NCBI RefSeq assembly: GCF_030064895.1 | Contig: NZ_JASJEB010000104.1 | Span: forward strand, 1,745 to 33,744 | From: Crocosphaera sp. | GTDB lineage: Bacteria > Cyanobacteriota > Cyanobacteriia > Cyanobacteriales > Microcystaceae | Direction: 5' to 3' | DNA length: 32,000 bases | Part shown: piece by piece, positions 26,624-32,000 of the stretch | Layout of the letters: each line of letters begins with the position of its first letter | Numbering within the stretch: position 1 is the first letter of the stretch | The notes under the pieces: generated by a model | What the model was told of the DNA's origin: nothing | The model's input: only the letters and a program-made list of their open reading frames with translations | Databases searched by the model: none | Made by a program: the position numbers and the translations under genes

Positions 26624-29253
26624 TAAAACCTCTCTCCAATCCCAAAATGAACACGAGAGTCTCCTTCATCATTAATCCCAAAATCAACCCGAATTGGTCC
26701 CACTGGAGATTGAATCCTTACCCCCAGGCCATAACCATAACCATCACTGGGTAATGCTCGAACTACCCCAGGAATACCACGGACAGAACGTTGAGACTTA
26801 ATAGTTGTCCCATAATCGACGAAAACAGCAGCCCCAACCGCCGGAATAATAGGAAATCTGTATTCTGCCGTCGCCTGAAAATAACTGCGTCCGGTGCCTA
26901 ATTCCCCTTCTGCATAACCCCGTACTGAGTTACTACCACCAATGACAAAAGCCTCATAGGGGGGTAAATCTTCCAATACGGTTCCAGCTTGTACATTAAA
27001 CGCCAAAGCCTGGGGTTTGGGTTGATCGTCTTCAATAAATCCTAAATCGATCAAATTTAGGGGTAGAAAATAACTATAATTTCCGCGCAAACGGGTGAAA
27101 AGAATACTTCCCGAACCCACAGGAAGGGTTTGTTCTATACCTAAGCGAAGAACATAACCACTGGTGGGACGTAAGGGGTTATTACGAAAATCTTGAGCCG
27201 CCGCAAAGCTGAGGGTTAATAAGTCATCCCGTCCCGAATCACTAAAGGCCAGGGGTTGTTCCGGAAAACCATTAAGAGGGGCAGATAGAGGTGCAATATC
27301 CCCGTCAGCGTTTTCGATTTGTACCCGTTGATAGTTAACCCCAGCGGTGAGTCGCCAGTCTGGTTTAGTGAAGGGATCATCGGCTATGGGACGGGCAAAG
27401 GAAATACCGCCCCCTGTACGAATCACCCGAGGACTGTCAAACCCGTTGAGGGTTCTAATAGAGGTGTCATCCCCATCAAAGACCAGGGAAATAGTCCGAC
27501 GACGGAACCCGTTAACTGTATAGGCGGTACGGAAAGGATCACCAGCAATCCAAGGATCGGTAAAACTGACATCCAGCAACAGTTCCCTTTCCCCAACTTG
27601 TACTTCACCCCCGATGGTTTGACCGTTACCCCCTAAGTTTTGTTCTTGGTAACTAATGGTTCCAAACAGTCCACTACTGGAACTAATTCCTGTCCCTGCG
27701 GCCAACGATCCGGTGTTACCTTCAACAACATCGACGTTGACGATCACTTCTCTGGGGTCTTCCCCTGGACTGAAGGAAACCCGCACATCTTCAAATAGTC
27801 CTAAACCAAAAATCCTTTGTAGGTCAAACTGTGCCGTTCTTCTGTTAAAGACGGTGCCAGGTTTTAGCTGCATTTCACGGGTAACGATAAAGTCACGGGT
27901 TCGTCCTTCTAGAGGTTCGTCTTCCGCATCAAAAAAGCGTACCTGAATGTTTTCGATTACCCCTTCAGCAATTACCAAGGTGACAATGCCATCTTCGCTG
28001 ACTTGGGGGGAACCAATGACTTGCGCTAGATCAAATCCTTGTTGGGCGTACCATTCGTTAATGGCGGCGATTCCTTGTTGAAGATCCCGTAAGTTTAGGG
28101 TTTTACCGTATTGATCTGCAAAAATTTCTTGAACTTTTTCGGGGGGTAAAGCCCGTTTATCTTCCACGTCTGGTACGGTACTGACCACCACTTGCTCTAA
28201 AGTGGGGTTGACTTCGACGGCGTAAGTGATTCTTACCCCTAAAGGTGTGTCAGCAGGGGTCACTTCCACGTTAGCGAAGAAACCCGTAGCATAAATGGCG
28301 TTTACGTCTTCTTGGAGTTGGGAACGGGTGGCCGTACGCCCTGGACGGGTTTGAATTGTGTTATAAACTAGGTTTTCTAATTCTTGATCAGCCCCTTCAA
28401 CCACCACTTCCACTACTAAGACCCGGGGTTCTTGTTCGGTGGTTTGTATTTCTTCGGTTTCTCCTTCGGGGGCCGGAATTACTTCCGGGGTGGGAACCAC
28501 TGGAACATCAGGACTTTGGGGATCTTCACTGTTACTAGGAGGGGTTGTTTGTTGGGCTATTTCTTGTTGTTGACTGAACTCGGCTGCGATCGCTTGTTGG
28601 TCTATTTCTTCTTGGTCACTGAACTCGACGACAATCGCTTGATCTAGGTTGGCCTGGTATACACTATCCACGGTCGATTCTGGAGCTAAACCTTCATCTT
28701 CTGGCATGGCTTTAGCCGACTGAGAAGGGGGCTGAGAGGTTGCTTCGACTGCTTTGATATGAGTAACATTAGGATAAGGGTTAGCTGCCTCTGGGGACTC
28801 TTCTAACGGGGAATCTGAGGGGATGGAATCTTTATTTTCAGCAGCAACAACTGGGGTTGTTTTGTCAGTTGCTTCTTTGATTGTGGAAACTTTGGGATAA
28901 GGTTCAATGGTATCCTCAGACTCCTCTAACCAGGGATCTTCGAGGATTATCGGGTTATAATCTCTGGCTATTGGTTCCTTAATCTCATTTTGGGACTTCT
29001 CAGGGGAAGATGTGGCATCTTTAATATCAGAAACCTTGGTATAAGGCTCAACTTTTGTCGAATATTCATCGGCCTGTGAGTCCCAAGTTAGATTGTCCAG
29101 AAACTCAAAATCAGTTGCTTCTGGGTCTTTGATACTGGCCACTGACGGGACATTTTGCCCTCTTAATGGCCTGCCTGTTATCCATACGGTTGTCGTTGTC
29201 AGGATAATCCCCAGTAAGGGAGAAAAATGTAATCTTTTGCTCTGGTTTGACAC
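26623..29253 (-). CDS. bamA: Omp85/BamA-family outer membrane protein with Pro/Glu-rich N-terminal extension and POTRA domains
   Basis: 876 aa. The C-terminal beta-barrel ends in [10 protein letters not shown] (terminal Phe). POTRA-like region [24 protein letters not shown]-terminal signal sequence. Lies immediately upstream of lpxC, as in other cyanobacteria. Confidence 0.85.
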   Translation of the reverse strand: MSNQSKRLHFSPLLGIILTTTTVWITGRPLRGQNVPSVASIKDPEATDFEFLDNLTWDSQADEYSTKVEPYTKVSDIKDATSSPEKSQNEIKEPIARDYNPIILEDPWLEESEDTIEPYPKVSTIKEATDKTTPVVAAENKDSIPSDSPLEESPEAANPYPNVTHIKAVEATSQPPSQSAKAMPEDEGLAPESTVDSVYQANLDQAIVVEFSDQEEIDQQAIAAEFSQQQEIAQQTTPPSNSEDPQSPDVPVVPTPEVIPAPEGETEEIQTTEQEPRVLVVEVVVEGADQELENLVYNTIQTRPGRTATRSQLQEDVNAIYATGFFANVEVTPADTPLGVRITYAVEVNPTLEQVVVSTVPDVEDKRALPPEKVQEIFADQYGKTLNLRDLQQGIAAINEWYAQQGFDLAQVIGSPQVSEDGIVTLVIAEGVIENIQVRFFDAEDEPLEGRTRDFIVTREMQLKPGTVFNRRTAQFDLQRIFGLGLFEDVRVSFSPGEDPREVIVNVDVVEGNTGSLAAGTGISSSSGLFGTISYQEQNLGGNGQTIGGEVQVGERELLLDVSFTDPWIAGDPFRTAYTVNGFRRRTISLVFDGDDTSIRTLNGFDSPRVIRTGGGISFARPIADDPFTKPDWRLTAGVNYQRVQIENADGDIAPLSAPLNGFPEQPLAFSDSGRDDLLTLSFAAAQDFRNNPLRPTSGYVLRLGIEQTLPVGSGSILFTRLRGNYSYFLPLNLIDLGFIEDDQPKPQALAFNVQAGTVLEDLPPYEAFVIGGSNSVRGYAEGELGTGRSYFQATAEYRFPIIPAVGAAVFVDYGTTIKSQRSVRGIPGVVRALPSDGYGYGLGVRIQSPVGPIRVDFGINDEGDSRVHFGIGERF

Positions 29254-29424
29254 TTCCTACACACCCAATCAAGCTATAGCGTTTTTACTGTTATCCGTTG
29301 CCTGTGGTTAACTTAGATAGCTAACAGCTTGTCTAACAGCCGAGCCATATTACCCGTCTCCTTGACCCTGACTGTAACAAATTGTTCCAATTTTTGTTTC
29401 TTGAGAAACTCCTCACATTTTTGA

Positions 29425-30165
29425 TCACCCTCCATTATCACCTAATCCTAATTTATCTAAAACTCTCTTCTGGACTTGTTGATAAGCTGTTTCTATCTGT
29501 CCTAAGTCTCGACGAAAGCGATCTTTATCCATAACTCGTTTTTGGGGATCTGTTTCTGTTTTATCCCAGAGTCGACAGGTATCGGGGCTAATTTCATCTG
29601 CTAAAAGAATTTTGCCCTCCTTATCAATACCAAATTCGAGTTTAAAATCTACTAGGGTAATTTGACAACTGCTGAAAAATTCTTGTAAATGTTGATTGAT
29701 TTCTAAGGCTAGATTTTGTAGTTGTTTTAGTTGTTCTTCTGTGGCGAGTTCTAAAATTAAAAGACGATCTCTAGTTAATAAGGGATCGCCTAGTTCGTCG
29801 TTTTTAAAGTAGAATTCTACTAAGGAAAAGGGTAATTTATATCCTTCTTTTAACCCTGTTTGTCGACACAAACTACCAGCGGCAATGTTTCTAATTACTA
29901 CTTCTATGGGGATAATTTTAACCCGTTTAACTAATATTTTATCATCGGCAGATTGTTCTATTAAATGGGTAGGAATTCCTTGAGATTCTAACCATTGAAA
30001 TAGGGCAACTGTGATCTGACAGTTCATTTTCCCTTTTTCTACAATAGTTCCCCGTTTTTGAGCATTAAAGGCGGTAGCATCGTCTTTAAAATGGGTTAGC
30101 AAAATATCGGGGTCGTCGGTTGCATAAAGAATTTTTGCTTTGCCTTCGTATAGTTTTTCTGTCAT
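29425..30165 (-). CDS. purC: Phosphoribosylaminoimidazole-succinocarboxamide (SAICAR) synthase
   Basis: 246 aa. LYEGKAKILY N-terminus, IPIEVVIRN and LADEISPDTCRLWD motifs. Confidence 0.9.
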   Translation of the reverse strand: MTEKLYEGKAKILYATDDPDILLTHFKDDATAFNAQKRGTIVEKGKMNCQITVALFQWLESQGIPTHLIEQSADDKILVKRVKIIPIEVVIRNIAAGSLCRQTGLKEGYKLPFSLVEFYFKNDELGDPLLTRDRLLILELATEEQLKQLQNLALEINQHLQEFFSSCQITLVDFKLEFGIDKEGKILLADEISPDTCRLWDKTETDPQKRVMDKDRFRRDLGQIETAYQQVQKRVLDKLGLGDNGG

Positions 30166-30490
30166 TATTTTTTGGGGTTAAATAGAACAATAATTGTTGA
30201 ATTTTACTTTAGATATCTACCAAGAATGGAGCTTTACGCAAGAAAAACTGTAAGATGGTTTCTTCTTTTGTAATGATATCTGTATAAATTAACAATACTG
30301 TTTACTATGTTAACAATAAAGTATTAAACTCGGTTATAACAATAACTGGTTTGAGTTTCTCTCTGCTGAGGAACAAGCAGAAACGCTAAAAGATCCTCGG
30401 TCTGGAGCAATGTCCCCTTATCGAGTTTACAGTAGTGATGGTCGTCTGATCTCAGTGGCCTACGACGGAAATTATAAATAACTAAGCTGT

Positions 30491-30526
30491 AGACAAAACT
30501 GATGAGTTTTGTCTCAATTTCTTTTT
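30491..30526 (+). terminator. Intrinsic terminator-like hairpin (10-bp perfect stem, GATG loop, T-rich tail)
   Basis: AGACAAAACT-GATG-AGTTTTGTCT followed by CAATTTCTTTTT. It starts 10 nt after the stop of a short plus-strand ORF. Confidence 0.55.
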
Positions 30527-30550
30527 AAGATTATGATGATTAAAACTAAA

Positions 30551-31099
30551 TTAATAACTTGAATTATTGCAAGAAAGATAATTGGAATTTACCCAACCTT
30601 CTAAACCATTAACTTGACTATTAGGTCCTTGAACTACTTTAACTTTGTACCAAATATTTTGTTGAGAAATAAAGCGAACAATATTCCCATTATTCAGTCC
30701 TGCTCTTGATTCTCCATTGGGGTTAAAACGTAAAGCTAGTTGACCTCTTTGAATATTAATTACTTCACAAAAAGTTGCATTACTTGGGTTTGGCTGATTA
30801 GATTGTAAGCGAATTTGACTGCGATGAATATATCCCAGTTGCCCACAAGCATCTGTCAAATACCAACCGTTTTCTGACCCATAAATATTAATTGGTATTA
30901 CTCTATTTACCGAGCAAATAATTCTGCCATTGGGACTCATTCTTACATTAGAAGGAGGGTCAAAAACTACTGCTTGATTAATGGGTTGTGCTGTTAATTT
31001 TTGACTTTCTAATACCGAAAAACCATTACTTAGTAATAAGCTTAAACTAATTATGGCTAATTTAGTTCTATTTATCATAGAAAATAATGCTGCAATCAA
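30551..31099 (-). CDS. Secreted protein with two bacterial SH3-like domains
   Basis: Signal peptide. Two segments show the SH3b pattern: NVRMSPNGRIICSV...GWYLTDACGQLGYIHRSQI and LALRFNPNGESRAGLNNGNIVRFI...WYKVKV...GLEGWVNSNYL. Confidence 0.5.
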   Translation of the reverse strand: MIAALFSMINRTKLAIISLSLLLSNGFSVLESQKLTAQPINQAVVFDPPSNVRMSPNGRIICSVNRVIPINIYGSENGWYLTDACGQLGYIHRSQIRLQSNQPNPSNATFCEVINIQRGQLALRFNPNGESRAGLNNGNIVRFISQQNIWYKVKVVQGPNSQVNGLEGWVNSNYLSCNNSSY

Positions 31100-31184
31100 T
31101 TATATCAATCTTCACTCTATAACACCCAGAACCAAAATTATGTTAAAACATATATAGATTTGTAATTAAACTTAAGGAGTTATC

Positions 31185-32000
31185 GTGGTAGCCTCAGAAC
31201 CAAAACCCAACTTGATCAATGAAGAAAAGTTGTTTCTTCAACAAGAAGAAGAGACATTTCAATGGAAAAAACAATGGTATCCTGTAGCTGTTATTGATCA
31301 TATTGATGCCTCTCATCCCCATCAAATCCAACTATTAGGAAAAAACTTAGTTTTGTGGCGAGATGGAGACAATAAATGGCGATGTTTTGACGATGTTTGT
31401 CCTCATCGTTTGGTTCCTTTATCGGAAGGAAGGATTGAGTCTGATGGGACATTATTATGTGCTTATCATGCTTGGAGATTTGATGGAGAAGGTAATTGTG
31501 TCAAAATTCCTCAGTCAAAAGATGCAGTAACAGAAGCTAAAAATTGCTCTAATTCTAAAGCTTGTGCTATTAGTTATCCCGTCAAAGAATTACAGGGTTT
31601 AATCTGGGTTTGGGGTGAATCTGGACAACAAGCAAAAGTTGAAAGTGAGTTAAGAAAACCTCGTCTTATTCCTGAATTAGAAGAGACATCTGATCGTGTT
31701 ATAAAATTGTATTGGTATCAAAGAGATTTACCTTTTGGTTGGGATTTTTACATGGAAAATGTGATGGACCCGGCCCATGTTCCTGTGTCTCATCATGGTC
31801 TTTATGGGAACCGTTATTCTGATGCTAAGTATTATGATATGATTCCCGTTCGGAAGGTCTCAACTCAAGAGGGTTTTTCCTTTGAAATTCCTCCTATTGA
31901 TCCTAGTTTTGGCACAGGAATACAAGATTTTCAACCCCCTTGTCATCATCGTATTGAGTTAACCTCTAATGATCAAAGACAATTAATATTAGCCTTATAG
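31185..32000 (+). CDS. Rieske [2Fe-2S] non-heme iron oxygenase, PAO/Tic55/LLS1 family; ends at a TAG that is the last codon of the window
   Basis: GTG start preceded by AAGGAG. Rieske CPHRLVPLSEG...CAYHAWRF (CxH...CxxH). Mononuclear iron site ENVMDPAHVPVSHH. Only 271 codons, whereas family members are usually well over 350 aa. Confidence 0.8.
   Translation: MVASEPKPNLINEEKLFLQQEEETFQWKKQWYPVAVIDHIDASHPHQIQLLGKNLVLWRDGDNKWRCFDDVCPHRLVPLSEGRIESDGTLLCAYHAWRFDGEGNCVKIPQSKDAVTEAKNCSNSKACAISYPVKELQGLIWVWGESGQQAKVESELRKPRLIPELEETSDRVIKLYWYQRDLPFGWDFYMENVMDPAHVPVSHHGLYGNRYSDAKYYDMIPVRKVSTQEGFSFEIPPIDPSFGTGIQDFQPPCHHRIELTSNDQRQLILAL

Noticed and set aside
26093-29311. Plus-strand ORFs overlapping lpxC and bamA (26093, 26226, 27319, 27656, 28356, 28432, 29093) and minus-strand ORF 27423
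   Set aside because: These are antisense or out-of-frame shadows of well-supported genes in a relatively GC-rich region, and none has a recognisable motif.
29409-29419. ACTCCTCACAT, a 10/11 match to the conserved single-stranded Yfr1 sRNA motif ACUCCUCACAC, preceded by the small hairpin GTTTC-TTGA-GAAAC
   Set aside because: The hairpin overlaps the motif, and no GC-rich 3' terminator stem-loop follows. The downstream sequence runs straight into the purC 3' end on the other strand. The two-hairpin Yfr1 architecture is therefore absent and the match is likely coincidental.

Overview
Cyanobacterial chromosomal DNA. The HIP1 octamer GCGATCGC occurs 14 times, and gene content and codon usage fit an AT-rich unicellular Cyanothece/Cyanobacterium-type genome; species not assignable from sequence alone. 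Core genes, well supported: a TPR protein (partial), an M16-family peptidase homolog, a CYP120-like P450, ndhF1, ccmO, ppc, an AI-2E transporter, a cytosine-deaminase-like amidohydrolase, lpxC, bamA/omp85, purC, an SH3b protein and a PAO-type Rieske oxygenase. Four AT-rich, HIP1-poor accessory patches lie between them. (1) 2.3-4.8 kb: a type II restriction-modification operon. The MutH/Sau3AI-like nuclease has no ATG start and an in-frame TAA just upstream; the gamma-class MTase has an NFPW motif; a small membrane-anchored protein follows. (2) 8.6-14.0 kb: an orphan 397-aa prepilin-like gene and a Toprim + SF2-helicase replication gene (CyRepA-like, otherwise plasmid-borne), bracketed by inverted GGGGAGA arrays. 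One of these is a perfect 12-unit octamer array able to form G-quadruplexes. (3) 20.1-21.7 kb: an orphan DPPY DNA methyltransferase sits between two truncated minus-strand gene remnants. One remnant is a vapC (PIN) toxin whose ATG has become ATA through the same base that keeps the stop codon of the intact vapB-like antitoxin. (4) 23.2-25.8 kb: a GT-C (ArnT/PMT-like) glycosyltransferase and a DUF1036-like secreted protein directly downstream of bamA-lpxC. Short heptamer (STRR-like) arrays overlap the deaminase start codon and the lpxC stop codon. No rRNA, tRNA, CRISPR array, transposase or integrase was found. The best candidate for something undescribed is the array-bracketed pilin-like/replication-gene segment. 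It is a hypothesis, not a demonstrated system.
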